A stretch of DNA of 64,000 nt from Candidatus Woodwardiibium gallinarum (GCA_904419545.1 CAJFRY010000004.1:9435-73434), one strand, 5' to 3'; positions 19,099 to 29,275 are shown, counted from the first letter of the stretch. Notes: generated by a model from the letters alone, not told the origin. Program-made: numbers and translations.

Positions 19099-21600
19099 AT
19101 GAAAACGCACATTCGGATTTTAACACTGCTGCTGGCGTTCTGCCTGCTGCTTCCGGCTGCGGCTGTAGCTGCGTTCGGGCAGGAGGACGAAACGAGCGGG
19201 CAGCCTCAGACGGCCGATGAGGTCGTCCTGCGCGTGGCGCCGTACACGGGCGGCACGGTTACGGTTACAGGCGCGCTCGGCGAGCCGGAAACCGAAACGG
19301 ACGGTACATACGCCTACCGCTTCGCGGCGGGCAGCGCCTTTACGCTGACGCTCACGCCCGAGGAAGGCAAAGCCGTTTCCGCAGCCACGCTCAACGGGAC
19401 GGCGATTACACTTATCGGCAGCGGCAGCACCAAGACCTATGCCGGCACCATCGAAGCCGATTCGACGCTGGCTGTGACCTTTTCCGACCCGCAGCCCACC
19501 GTCACGCACCGCGTGACGGTGACGGTCATCAACAGCTCGAACAAGGCCGTACTCGTGCGCGCGGACGGCGAGGAGGTGCTCGGCAGCTTCGCAGCCGACG
19601 AGGGCAGCACGCCGAGAATCTCCATCGAGACCGAAACCGGCTGCGCCGTCAGCAGCGTTACGCTGACCGATTCGGCCACCGGCAAGCAGACAACCATCCC
19701 CTACACCGGCGACCCGTTTACGCTTCCGGCGGTCACAGCCGACTGCACGCTGACCATCCTGACGGCCAACGCTTACTTTATCACCGTATCCGCCGCCTCC
19801 AACGGCAGCGTTTCGCCGTCGAGCGGGTATTACGCGGAGGGCTCCACCGTCGAACTGACGCTCACACCGAATGCGGGCTATGTGGTGGACTATCTTCTCG
19901 TCGACGGCGAGAAGGTGGAGCTGACCGGCAACACCTATGCGCATAAGGTCACGGACAGAGCGGTCATCACGGCCTACTTCAAAAAGGCCGTCGAGCAGGT
20001 TGAGGTTACGGTCAAAAACGACGACACGGCCGGCAGCGTCTCCGCCGCAGGCTATACCATCCAAAACGGCGCCTTTACGGTCGAAGCCGGCTCGCGCGTG
20101 ACCTTTACGGTCACACCGAACACCGGCTATGTGCTGGACAGCGTGACCGTTGACGGCACGGCGGTCGAAGTGACCGACAACACCTTCGTCGTCCCGGTGC
20201 GGGCGGCAGCGGAGGTCGTCATTACCTATAAGAAGTCCTACCGCATCACCGCCATTGTGTCCGACCAGGGCGGCGGGCGCATTACGGTCGACGAGCCGCA
20301 CGTACTGGAAAATATGTTTGTTTACGTGCCGGAGGGCGACCGCATTACCTTCACCTTTACGCCCGATATGGGATATGAGATCGATTATGTCCGGGTCGAC
20401 GGCACGCAGGTGACGCTGACGTCCGACAACAAATATACCATCACCGACGTGAAAAAGACCCACACCGTTTCGGTCGTGTTCAAGCATTCCGATACAGGCA
20501 GCACAACATACTCGATCTATGCAAGCGCAGGCGCCAACGGCAGCATTTCGCCGTCCGGCCGTCAGTCGGTTGCAGAGGGGACGAATCTGGTTTTCACCAT
20601 TACCCCGAATGCCGGATATGAGGTCGATTACGTGCAGGTCGACGGCAGCGACGTTTCGCTGACCGACGGCAAGTACGAATTCAAAAACATCGCGGGCAAC
20701 CACACCATCAACGTGTACTTCAAGGAAGCCGGCACCGTCAGCGCCGGCGCGATCACGAAGGAGGACGTCGACTGGACCAAGTCCCCGATCGAAATCTCGT
20801 TTGACACGACCACCGTCATCGATAAAGGCGTGTTCGATACCATTCTCAGCGAGCACCAGACGGTCGAAATCGTGATGAAATCGTCCGAATACGAATACTA
20901 TTTCCCCACCAATTCGGTCTTTACGCTCGACGGCTCGTCGGCGGACATGAAGATCCTGCGCAACGGCGGCAGCAATTATTCAGCCATCCTCGCGCTGCTC
21001 GAGCGCAAATCCATCACCGGTGAAAACTGCGTGCTTTCCTGCCCGCAGACCATCCGGATGCCCGAGGGCACAAGGCTGCGCGTGTTCATCGGCGCCTCGC
21101 TTGCCAAGCAGACGGTGCAGCTTTACATATACAAGGATGAAGATCTGACCCCTGTCAGCGGTCTGCTGACCGCCGACACGAGCGGCTGGGTCACGGTCGA
21201 GAACTATGGCGGCGGCGACCTGGTGTTCGTCCGCACCGACGTCGGTTCGTACACGGTAGCGGTCATCACCGGTGAAAACGGCTCGGTCGAGCCGGGCGGG
21301 AACGTTACGGCGGTCCGCGGCGAATCGCTGGAATTCAAGGCCACGGCGGCCGAGGGCTATGTCGTCGATTCCATCAAGGTCGACGGCGTGTCGATGGACA
21401 TCGAGCGCGGCAAGGCTGAGCTGACCTACACGCTGAACGTGCTGTCCAACCACACGGTAGAATTCACCTTTACCGAGGGAGAAGCAACCGACGGCGGCGG
21501 CTCGAATACGGGTCTGATCATCTCGATTGTAGTCATCGTGCTGGTGCTGGCAGGCGGCGGCGTGCTGTTCTACCTCAAATGGCGGCAGTCGCGGTTCTGA
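19099..21600 (+). CDS. Large surface protein with repeated InlB-B-repeat-like (Listeria/Bacteroides repeat type) domains and a C-terminal TM anchor
   Basis: Signal peptide at the N-terminus. A module of about 75-80 aa of the form NGSVSPSG...G..V.FT.TPN.GY.VD.V.VDG..V recurs at least 7 times. The C-terminus has a hydrophobic helix followed by KWRQSRF. Confidence 0.75.
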   Translation: MKTHIRILTLLLAFCLLLPAAAVAAFGQEDETSGQPQTADEVVLRVAPYTGGTVTVTGALGEPETETDGTYAYRFAAGSAFTLTLTPEEGKAVSAATLNGTAITLIGSGSTKTYAGTIEADSTLAVTFSDPQPTVTHRVTVTVINSSNKAVLVRADGEEVLGSFAADEGSTPRISIETETGCAVSSVTLTDSATGKQTTIPYTGDPFTLPAVTADCTLTILTANAYFITVSAASNGSVSPSSGYYAEGSTVELTLTPNAGYVVDYLLVDGEKVELTGNTYAHKVTDRAVITAYFKKAVEQVEVTVKNDDTAGSVSAAGYTIQNGAFTVEAGSRVTFTVTPNTGYVLDSVTVDGTAVEVTDNTFVVPVRAAAEVVITYKKSYRITAIVSDQGGGRITVDEPHVLENMFVYVPEGDRITFTFTPDMGYEIDYVRVDGTQVTLTSDNKYTITDVKKTHTVSVVFKHSDTGSTTYSIYASAGANGSISPSGRQSVAEGTNLVFTITPNAGYEVDYVQVDGSDVSLTDGKYEFKNIAGNHTINVYFKEAGTVSAGAITKEDVDWTKSPIEISFDTTTVIDKGVFDTILSEHQTVEIVMKSSEYEYYFPTNSVFTLDGSSADMKILRNGGSNYSAILALLERKSITGENCVLSCPQTIRMPEGTRLRVFIGASLAKQTVQLYIYKDEDLTPVSGLLTADTSGWVTVENYGGGDLVFVRTDVGSYTVAVITGENGSVEPGGNVTAVRGESLEFKATAAEGYVVDSIKVDGVSMDIERGKAELTYTLNVLSNHTVEFTFTEGEATDGGGSNTGLIISIVVIVLVLAGGGVLFYLKWRQSRF

Positions 21601-21650
21601 TGCGGTAAGCAACGGAAGATAGGCTCTCCGGCGGGGGAGACCGAACAAAA

Positions 21651-21686
21651 ACGGGTTTCGTGCCAAGTGCACGGAACCCGTTTTTT
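21651..21686 (+). terminator. Rho-independent terminator
   Basis: 13-bp stem ACGGGTTTCGTGC/GCACGGAACCCGT followed by TTTTT. Confidence 0.8.
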
Positions 21687-21882
21687 ATTTGTTCCGCGTC
21701 GCGCCCCGGCGTTATGGGAATCAGCCGTTCCCATATGCGTGCAGTCGAAGCGCCGGGGACCGGCATATAACTTTCCGGCGGATGTGCTCGACATAGAAGC
21801 CAACAACCTGTTAAAGGGCGAAAGGAAAGCAACACTGAAAAACAGATGCATGCCGTTGTTTTCTGAAAATAAAAACGCCAAT

Positions 21883-21925
21883 CCTCCCTTCGCCCAACGC
21901 CGCAAAGCGGCGTTGGGCGAGGGAG
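21883..21925. repeat. Long palindromic hairpin (core CCCAACGCCGC-AAA-GCGGCGTTGGG)
   Basis: Stem of about 19 bp with one bulge. Related palindromes lie at 22669-22697 and 59110-59133. Confidence 0.8.
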
Positions 21926-23086
21926 AAGGATTCGCTGTTATGGGACTGAAAGATGCGTGACAGACTGCACATCGTTAGAAAGCATGAGAAAAACAGGCGC
22001 GGTGGGAAATCGAATCGGCTGAAATGAAAGATAAAGGCTCCGCGTTTCTCTGTCGACGCTGTAAGAAAACGGAGCTTCTCCGGAAATTACCGATGCGATG
22101 CTTCTGTTTTCCCCAAAAGCAGAGGCGGCCTTGCAGCTTTTGCTTATAGAAAAAATAATCCGTCATCGGTTTTCAGGACAGCACAGCTTTCCCCTTTACA
22201 CCCATCGCCGCTGCGGCGTCGGGCATTGCGGAGAGACAAAAAAACAGGGGAGAAAATATGCCGACAAACAAAATATGTTTTTTGAAAACAAGCGCATCTG
22301 TTTGAAGACAGGCTACACGGCGAAGCGGGGTGGCTTGTCCTCGGAAAAAAAGATGCAATAAAAAATGGCACATCTGTTGCGTCAAGCAGCCGCTTCGCCG
22401 CCACTTACCCAATTCCAAAACCATTTCCCCTGTTCAGCACGGATATGCCGCTTTCGGTATATCCGCACCGGTTCTGTTCCACAGCAAATGATATCCGCCC
22501 CCAATGGCCAGCTGTGCCGCAGCGAATCATAGTTAGACAGAAAAAATTGCTGAGTGAAAAAGGGAACAGAAACGGGAATTTAAGAAGAAACGCATGGCAG
22601 CCGCTTTTTGTCACGTATGGATACGCCGTTTTTACAGCGCTGCAAAACGATGCCTTTTTACAAATTCTGCCCAACACCGCGTTGCGCGGCGTTGGGCATA
22701 AAGGGAGGGAGGAAGCGGCCGTCGCCCGTCAGATCATAAGACAAAATCCATCCATCTCACTCCGACGGCCTGCACCGCCAAGCGGCGCAGGCCGTTCGTG
22801 GGAAGTCCAAGAGCGCATATGCTTCCATTGTCCCCCATTATAAAAGCCGTTTTTCCCCTACGCGGCGTGGATATGCCGCACAACGGCATATCCACGTACC
22901 GCAACGCATTTCAGGTTTCCAAAACAACGTGCCGCGCCGCGAAGCCGCAGAACGGATGGGAAAAGCAGCGCCGCAAAAAACGGATTCCGCAATTCCGAAA
23001 CCGACAAAACGCTTTACAGGGACGGAACTGCCGCTGCACGCAAAACATCCCCCTCCGGCGCGCGTCCCCCGCTCCCGCCGACGGGC

Positions 23087-23183
23087 AAATCCACACCCGT
23101 GCATCTCCGAATCCACAGCGCTCTGCCTTGTTCTTTCACGAGATTTCCCACAGTTGTCCACATTGTCCACCGGGTTATCCACA
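23087..23183 (+). promoter_or_regulatory. DnaA-box array outside oriC (6 same-orientation boxes, one perfect)
   Basis: AAATCCACA 23087, GAATCCACA 23109, TTTCCCACA 23144, TTGTCCACA 23154, TTGTCCACC 23163 and TTATCCACA 23175-23183, compared with the consensus TTATCCACA. Confidence 0.6.
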
Positions 23184-23237
23184 ATTTGCGGCCGCTTTGC
23201 CACCTGCACCGGTGCAAAAAGCCCACAGCAGTGCACA

Positions 23238-25403
23238 TCATTTGCCTTCAGGGTGCCCGTCCCCCGACTCGTCCTTCCGCAGCGACTCGCCGACGAAATC
23301 GCACAGCTCGGCGGCGACTTCGCTGCTGACCGCCTCCGCGACAAGCCGGAACCCGCCGTGGAAAAGCGGCGAGACCGTTACGGTTCCGCGGTCGGTGCGC
23401 ACCCGGACGCGCCCGTCCTCGACGCCGTGCTTTTCGGCCAGCGCGGCGATGCGCGCGCTCTTGCGGTCCTCGTCGTAGTCGACCGTTTTCGTCTTAACAA
23501 AGAAGCGGGGCAGCAGTGCGGGGACATCATCCGCAGAGATGTCGAGCGTCTGGAGCGCAGCAAGAAACTCGAGTACGAGCGTCGGCCCGTCCAGCAGCCA
23601 CGGGAGACGTCCGGCGGCGGGCCGGTCGTTTCCCTCTCCGGCCTCATCATAAAGCACGACGGTGCAGCCTCGGTCCTTCAATAAGTCGCGAAGCGCGGCG
23701 GGACAGGCGTCGGGCAGCTCGAAGGCGGTCCGGCCGCGCGCCTGCTCAGCGAGCAGGACGGTTCCGGCGAGGTGCCAGAAGGACAGAAACCCGTTTTCGA
23801 GCGATGCGCAGGCGGTGCGCCCGTCGTCGGAGACGAAAAACCGCGTTTCGCCCTCGGTTAGATCGCGGGTGCGCGTGCGGCGCAGGAGCGCAGTTTTCAG
23901 GAACATAGACGGTGCGTTGTCGGTTTCGAGGATCGCGCCGCGCCAAAGGGGGATGGCGCGAAGAAGCAGGTGGCGGAAATAGCCGTTTTTCAGCTCACAG
24001 CTCAAATCATGCGCACGCTTGATCGAAACGGCGGGCGTCTCGCGGGCGAAAAAGAGACTCTCCAGCCGGCGTTCCGCGGCGCGGCAGAGCGGCAGCCCGC
24101 GGCAGTTGAGCAGGGTCAGCCCATCGGCGGAGGCGAAAACGGCCAGCGCGGGCGAAAACAGGCGGCAGGCAAATGAGCAGAGCGAATAAAAGCCGTCCCC
24201 CAGTAAAATCGGGGACGAGCCCGCAGCCGAAGCGCCCAGTGCCGCCGCGCGGGCAAGCGCGTCGCCGAGCGGGCTGCCGTCGTGCATGAAAGCCACACCG
24301 CGCCCCTTTGCGTACACGCCCGCGGCCCCGCCCAGCCGCAGCGCGCGGGACAGCGACGGCCGGCCGCCGACATGGCCTTCGTCCTCAAATACATGCTGTT
24401 TTTCGTCGGCGGAATAAATATTTTCCAAAATAACTGCTCCCTTCCCTATCTTCACACCCGGCGCGATGCGGACATTCTCACCGATTTCCGCGCCGTCGCC
24501 GATTTGCACGCCTGCGCCGACGACTGCGCCGTGTTTCACCTGCACTTCACTGCCGAGGGCGGCGTTTTCGCAGACGACGCAGCCCTCCAGCAGACAGCCT
24601 TCGCCGGTCCGAACGCCGGAGAACAGCACGCTGCCCAAAGCGCGGCTGCCCCGTCCGAGCAGAACATTTTCCCCGCGCACCGTCTCGCCGCCCGAAAAGT
24701 GCAGGTTGCAGTCGCGGAACGCGGCGGGATTCCCCACGTCGCACCAGTACCCGTCCGCGGTATGGGTGCGGATGGGCACGCCTTCGCGCAGCAGCTCGGG
24801 AAACAGGTCCTTTGAAAAATCGTAAAACCGTCCGGGCGGGACGCGTTCAAGCGTGCGGCGGCTCAGAAAATAAATCCCGCTGTTGACGCGGTTGGAAAAC
24901 GTTTCGCGCCACGCGGGCTTTTCGGCGAACGCCGCTACGCAGCCGTCCCGGCCAAGCACGACGCCGTATTCGGTCGGGTCTACGGCGGTGGTAAGGACGA
25001 TGGTCGCCTCCGCACCCGAATCGAGATGCGCGCGGAGCGCACCTTCGAGCGGAAAGTCGAACACCGCATCGCCTGCGAGGACGGCGACGGTATCGCCCAG
25101 CCAGTCGAGCGCCTGCCTGACCGAGCCCGCCGTACCCAACGGCGACGTTTCGCGGAAATAGCGGACGTCCAGCCCCGACGGACGCAGCGCCTCGATCTGC
25201 TCGGGGCGGAACATCGTCGTCACCGCAACGCGGGTGATCCCGCAATCGCGCAGTGCGTCAAAGATACGCTCAATGGCGGACCTGCCCGCAATCGGCACGA
25301 GCGGCTTGGGTCTGGTTTCGGTTATGGGAAACAGCCGCGTTCCCATTCCACCGGCAAGAACGGCGGCGGACAGCCCGGAATGCATCATCATATCCATCTC
25401 CAT
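23238..25403 (-). CDS. Sugar-phosphate nucleotidyltransferase with left-handed beta-helix and a C-terminal phosphohexomutase-like region
   Basis: AAVLAGGMGTRLFPITETRPKPLVPI is the NTP-transferase signature. Hexapeptide repeats follow, then a long PGM/PMM-like tail. The start lies among several ATGs between 25403 and 25385. Confidence 0.7.
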   Translation of the reverse strand: MEMDMMMHSGLSAAVLAGGMGTRLFPITETRPKPLVPIAGRSAIERIFDALRDCGITRVAVTTMFRPEQIEALRPSGLDVRYFRETSPLGTAGSVRQALDWLGDTVAVLAGDAVFDFPLEGALRAHLDSGAEATIVLTTAVDPTEYGVVLGRDGCVAAFAEKPAWRETFSNRVNSGIYFLSRRTLERVPPGRFYDFSKDLFPELLREGVPIRTHTADGYWCDVGNPAAFRDCNLHFSGGETVRGENVLLGRGSRALGSVLFSGVRTGEGCLLEGCVVCENAALGSEVQVKHGAVVGAGVQIGDGAEIGENVRIAPGVKIGKGAVILENIYSADEKQHVFEDEGHVGGRPSLSRALRLGGAAGVYAKGRGVAFMHDGSPLGDALARAAALGASAAGSSPILLGDGFYSLCSFACRLFSPALAVFASADGLTLLNCRGLPLCRAAERRLESLFFARETPAVSIKRAHDLSCELKNGYFRHLLLRAIPLWRGAILETDNAPSMFLKTALLRRTRTRDLTEGETRFFVSDDGRTACASLENGFLSFWHLAGTVLLAEQARGRTAFELPDACPAALRDLLKDRGCTVVLYDEAGEGNDRPAAGRLPWLLDGPTLVLEFLAALQTLDISADDVPALLPRFFVKTKTVDYDEDRKSARIAALAEKHGVEDGRVRVRTDRGTVTVSPLFHGGFRLVAEAVSSEVAAELCDFVGESLRKDESGDGHPEGK

Positions 25404-25932
25404 TCGGCCGCCTTGCGGCGGCGCCAAACTCCGTGTCATACCGCCCGCCGGCAAAAGCCGCGTAAAACGAGGATTGAAGCAGACCTTGGGCAAAATGTCC
25501 TCCGCCTCTTGAAGCGCCGAATTCCGTTTCGGAATCCGTCAGGGATACAATCCTCTATGGATTCCTTTGCGCGGCTGAAAAGGACACACCTCTTATTGAA
25601 AAGTGTATTTCATTAAGCGCTTATCTGCGCCATACTCCTCAAAACGGCATTTGCGCCGGAGCGGCGCACGCGGCATCCAAAAGGAAAAAATGCGCGCGTT
25701 ATGCCGCTCCGCTTCGTCGAACGATGTTTCAACGTCCTTATTTTTCCCCGCTTTGCATCCGAAATATGCCCGCAGTTGTTGACAAAAGACGAAAATGGTT
25801 GTATTATAAAATCGGCGGCAAAATTTTTGCACACTCCATATATCGCTCCGTAAATGTTTTTGCATCATTCTCATTCAGTACGGTTTCAGTACAGCCTTGA
25901 TTCAATGCAAGGATTAAGAATAAAGCAGGGCG

Positions 25933-26847
25933 GTGCGGCCAATGATACAGCTTTTTTATTTACTTGTCATTTTGGCAATTTATTTGTTTTTTGATTCCAA
26001 ATACAAAAAAACTGAATATTACCTGCAAACAAAAAACCCTTTTCTGCACACGCATCTTAACAAAGGAAAAAAAGGAGAATATCTAATCTTCAAAAATCTG
26101 CACCCACTGGAAGGCAAAAAACGGTTTTTGTTCAATTTATATATTCCGAAGCGGAACGGCGACACGACTGAAATTGACGTTGTCCTCCTGCATGAATCCG
26201 GGATACACATATTTGAATCCAAAAATTACAGTGGTTGGATTTTTGGGTCGGAGGCGAACAGATATTGGACGCAGGTGCTCCCCTTGGGGCGGAGGAGGTC
26301 GCAGAAGAACAGATTTTTTAACCCCATCCTCCAGAATAAAACGCATGTAAAATGGCTGCTTTCGTATCTTTCGGATTCCGGTTTGCACGCTTACTCCTAC
26401 GCAGTGTTCAGCAATCGCTGCACATTTAAGGACATCACGCTGACAAGCGGCAAGCACGACGTTATACATCGCCGCAATATTCTCCCCACTCTCCGGCATA
26501 ATGCGGCCATGGCGGGCCGACGGCTGACCGATACGCAAATAGACGCTCTGTGCGAAAAGCTGTTCCCGCTTACGCAGGCCGACGAGACAGAAAAGTTTCT
26601 GCACGGCGTTTCCGTGCGTGAAAAACAGATTTCTCCGGACGAAAAGCCGGTTTTCCGGCACAAACAGCCTCCGCGTCCCGCGCGGGAGACGGCGCAGCCG
26701 GATATCGGAACACTTTGTCCGCGCTGCGGCGGCAGGCTTGTCGTGCGCACCGCCGCAAAAGGCGAAAGAAAAGGGCGGCAGTTTTCAGGCTGCTCCGACT
26801 TCCCGAAATGCAGATACACGCAAAACATACCAAAAAATCAACCTTGA
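25933..26847 (+). CDS. NERD-domain protein with C-terminal topoisomerase-type zinc ribbon
   Basis: N-terminal TM helix. GEYLIFKNL...EIDVVLLHESGIHIFESKNYSGWIFG matches the NERD domain. The C-terminus reads CPRCGGRLVVR...FSGCSDFPKCRY. Confidence 0.75.
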   Translation: MRPMIQLFYLLVILAIYLFFDSKYKKTEYYLQTKNPFLHTHLNKGKKGEYLIFKNLHPLEGKKRFLFNLYIPKRNGDTTEIDVVLLHESGIHIFESKNYSGWIFGSEANRYWTQVLPLGRRRSQKNRFFNPILQNKTHVKWLLSYLSDSGLHAYSYAVFSNRCTFKDITLTSGKHDVIHRRNILPTLRHNAAMAGRRLTDTQIDALCEKLFPLTQADETEKFLHGVSVREKQISPDEKPVFRHKQPPRPARETAQPDIGTLCPRCGGRLVVRTAAKGERKGRQFSGCSDFPKCRYTQNIPKNQP

Positions 26848-26925
26848 CCGGGGTATGAAAACCTGTTTCCGAAAGGTATGCGTTCCCCCGATCCTTAGCA
26901 GAACCGATTTGGAAGGAAGATTCCG

Positions 26926-27846
26926 TTGAAGATCATCACAGACAAAGACCTCCCGCTTTCGGGGCGGACGGTGCTGACCATCGGCGCATTCGACGGCGTG
27001 CACATCGGGCACGCCTGCCTGCTGCGCTCGATGTGTGCCGTCTCGGGCGAAAAGCAGCTTCCGAACGTGGTCTGGACCTTTGCCGAAAGCCCGAAAGCAC
27101 TGCAAAACGGCGCAAAATACATAACAGGCTCACTCGAAAAAATGGACGCGCTCGAAAAACTGGGCGCCGAACAGATTTATTTTGCCGACTTTGAGCGCTG
27201 CCGCTCGCTGACGCCGTCGGAATTTGTCGAAAAAGCGCTCATCGGCGATTTTCATGTCGACACCGTCGTCTGCGGCTTTGATTTCCGCTTCGGCGCACAG
27301 CGGGCGGGCGACGCGGAGATGCTCAAAACGCTGCTCGCGCGCGCGGGCGTAAGCTGCATCGTCGTGCCGCCGGTCAAGGCGGGCGACGAGACGGTCAGCT
27401 CCACCCTCATCCGCCGAAAACTGACGGAAGGCGACATCGAGGGCGCGTCCTTCCTGCTGGGGCGGCGCTACAGCTTCCTGCTGCCGGTCATCCACGGACG
27501 GCGGCTGGGGCGGACAATCGGATTCCCGACCATCAACCAGCGCTTTCCCGACTACCAGGTCGTGCCGGCCTACGGCGTATACGCCTGCCTGTGCGAGGTG
27601 GACGGGCAGACCTACCGCGGCATCTCCAACATCGGGGTGCGCCCGACCGTCTCTGAGCATGAGGATGCGCCGCTCTGCGAAACGCATATCTTTGACTTCT
27701 CCGAGGATCTGTACGACAAGGAGGCGCGCATTTACCTCTGCCGCCGCATCCGGCCCGAACGACGTTTCGAGTCGGTCGAGGCGCTGCGCGAGCAGGTAGA
27801 GCGGGACAAGCAGGCCGCGCGGGATTATTTTGCGAACTTTTTGTAA
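26926..27846 (+). CDS. ribF: Bifunctional riboflavin kinase / FMN adenylyltransferase
   Basis: TTG start. LTIGAFDGVHIGH is the FAD synthetase motif. The C-terminal GFPTINQ...GVYA...RPT...ETHIFDF matches riboflavin kinase. Confidence 0.88.
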   Translation: MKIITDKDLPLSGRTVLTIGAFDGVHIGHACLLRSMCAVSGEKQLPNVVWTFAESPKALQNGAKYITGSLEKMDALEKLGAEQIYFADFERCRSLTPSEFVEKALIGDFHVDTVVCGFDFRFGAQRAGDAEMLKTLLARAGVSCIVVPPVKAGDETVSSTLIRRKLTEGDIEGASFLLGRRYSFLLPVIHGRRLGRTIGFPTINQRFPDYQVVPAYGVYACLCEVDGQTYRGISNIGVRPTVSEHEDAPLCETHIFDFSEDLYDKEARIYLCRRIRPERRFESVEALREQVERDKQAARDYFANFL

Positions 27847-27928
27847 AGTGAACGCCTGACCGCTTGCAAGCGGCGCGTGCGTCTGGTACAATAGAAGCAG
27901 GAATCCGCCGGAGGGAGAAGGGGTTTTT

Positions 27929-29275
27929 ATGAAATACCGTATTCTGCGCACGTTTTTATGCCTTTCGCTGCTCTGCCTGCTGCTGCTCGCCTGTGCCCTG
28001 CCCGCTCTTGCGGAGGAGGAAGGGGAGGAGCCGCCCGTCATCACATCGGGCAACAGCATCGTCATTTACAATGTGGAAACCGATACCTTTCTTTTTGAAA
28101 ACGACGGCACGCGCAGCCTCGCGCCGACCGTCGTATCCAAGCTGATGACGGCGATGATCGCCGCCGACCATTATGAAAGCCTGTCCGCCAAGGTGACCGT
28201 CGCCGCAGAGGCGCTGCGCGACATCGGCGCGGCGGGAGACATCTCGGCCCCACGGCTCGGACTGACCGCCGGGTCGGAGATGACGGTAGAGGACCTGCTC
28301 TGCGCCACGCTCGTCAGCTCGGCCAACGATGCGGCCTGCGCTTTGGCCTATGACATTTCAGGCGGCGATATGGCCGCCTTCGTCGAAGAGATGAACCGCC
28401 GCGCCGAGGCAATCGGGGCATCCGACACGCACTTCACCAGCCCGGCCGGCGTCTACAGCGACCGGTCGCACACGACCGCGCGGGATGCCGCGCGCATCGC
28501 GGGCGCGTTTTACAATTACAACCGGCTGCTGGAGATTTCCTCGCTGCCCTACTACCAGCTCGGCAACACGATGCATACGAAAAATTACCTGCTCAGCGAA
28601 GCGCTGATGAAAGGCTGCACGCTTGCGGGCGTGAAGGGCATCGCAGCCGGACAGGCGAAGGCCGACGGAGAATACTGCCTGATCACCGCCGCCGAGTCGG
28701 AGGCGCTGACTTATATCTTCGTCGTGATGGACGCCGCGGGCGAGAACCGCTACAACGACGGCACGCGCGATTTTCCGGCCGAAAACGCATACAACGACGT
28801 CAAAAAGCTGCTCCCGTGGGCAACGAGCGCCTTCGGTTATTCGATGCTGCTCTCGACCGAAGAGGTTGTCGGAGAGCTGCCGGTGCGCCTGTCGGCCGAC
28901 GCGGACTTTGTCACCGTCGTTCCGTCGGAGCCGATCGAGGTGCTGCTGCCCAAATCGACCGACCTGACCGGCGTCGAACGCCGGATCGAATACACCGCCA
29001 CCGAGCTGGAAGCGCCGGTGACACAGGGGACGGTCGTCGGCTCGGTCTCGGTCTGGCTGGACGGGCAGGAGCTGGGACATGCGGACCTGGTCACGCGGCT
29101 TTCTGTCGAACGAAGCGAGCTGATGTCGATTTTTGACAAAGTAAAGAACTTTTTGTACGGGGACACGATGAAAACGATCATCCGCATCCTGCTGATCATC
29201 ATTGCGCTGTTCATCGTCTATGAAGTCTCGTTCTTCATTTACCGGCTGGTCAAGCGCGCCAGGGGCGGAAAATAG
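27929..29275 (+). CDS. D-alanyl-D-alanine carboxypeptidase (PBP5/DacB)-like protein, active-site motifs partly degenerate
   Basis: Signal peptide and a PBP5-like fold signature (SSANDAACALA is the SxN motif). A C-terminal TM helix is present. See the finding on the SxxK motif. Confidence 0.7.
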   Translation: MKYRILRTFLCLSLLCLLLLACALPALAEEEGEEPPVITSGNSIVIYNVETDTFLFENDGTRSLAPTVVSKLMTAMIAADHYESLSAKVTVAAEALRDIGAAGDISAPRLGLTAGSEMTVEDLLCATLVSSANDAACALAYDISGGDMAAFVEEMNRRAEAIGASDTHFTSPAGVYSDRSHTTARDAARIAGAFYNYNRLLEISSLPYYQLGNTMHTKNYLLSEALMKGCTLAGVKGIAAGQAKADGEYCLITAAESEALTYIFVVMDAAGENRYNDGTRDFPAENAYNDVKKLLPWATSAFGYSMLLSTEEVVGELPVRLSADADFVTVVPSEPIEVLLPKSTDLTGVERRIEYTATELEAPVTQGTVVGSVSVWLDGQELGHADLVTRLSVERSELMSIFDKVKNFLYGDTMKTIIRILLIIIALFIVYEVSFFIYRLVKRARGGK

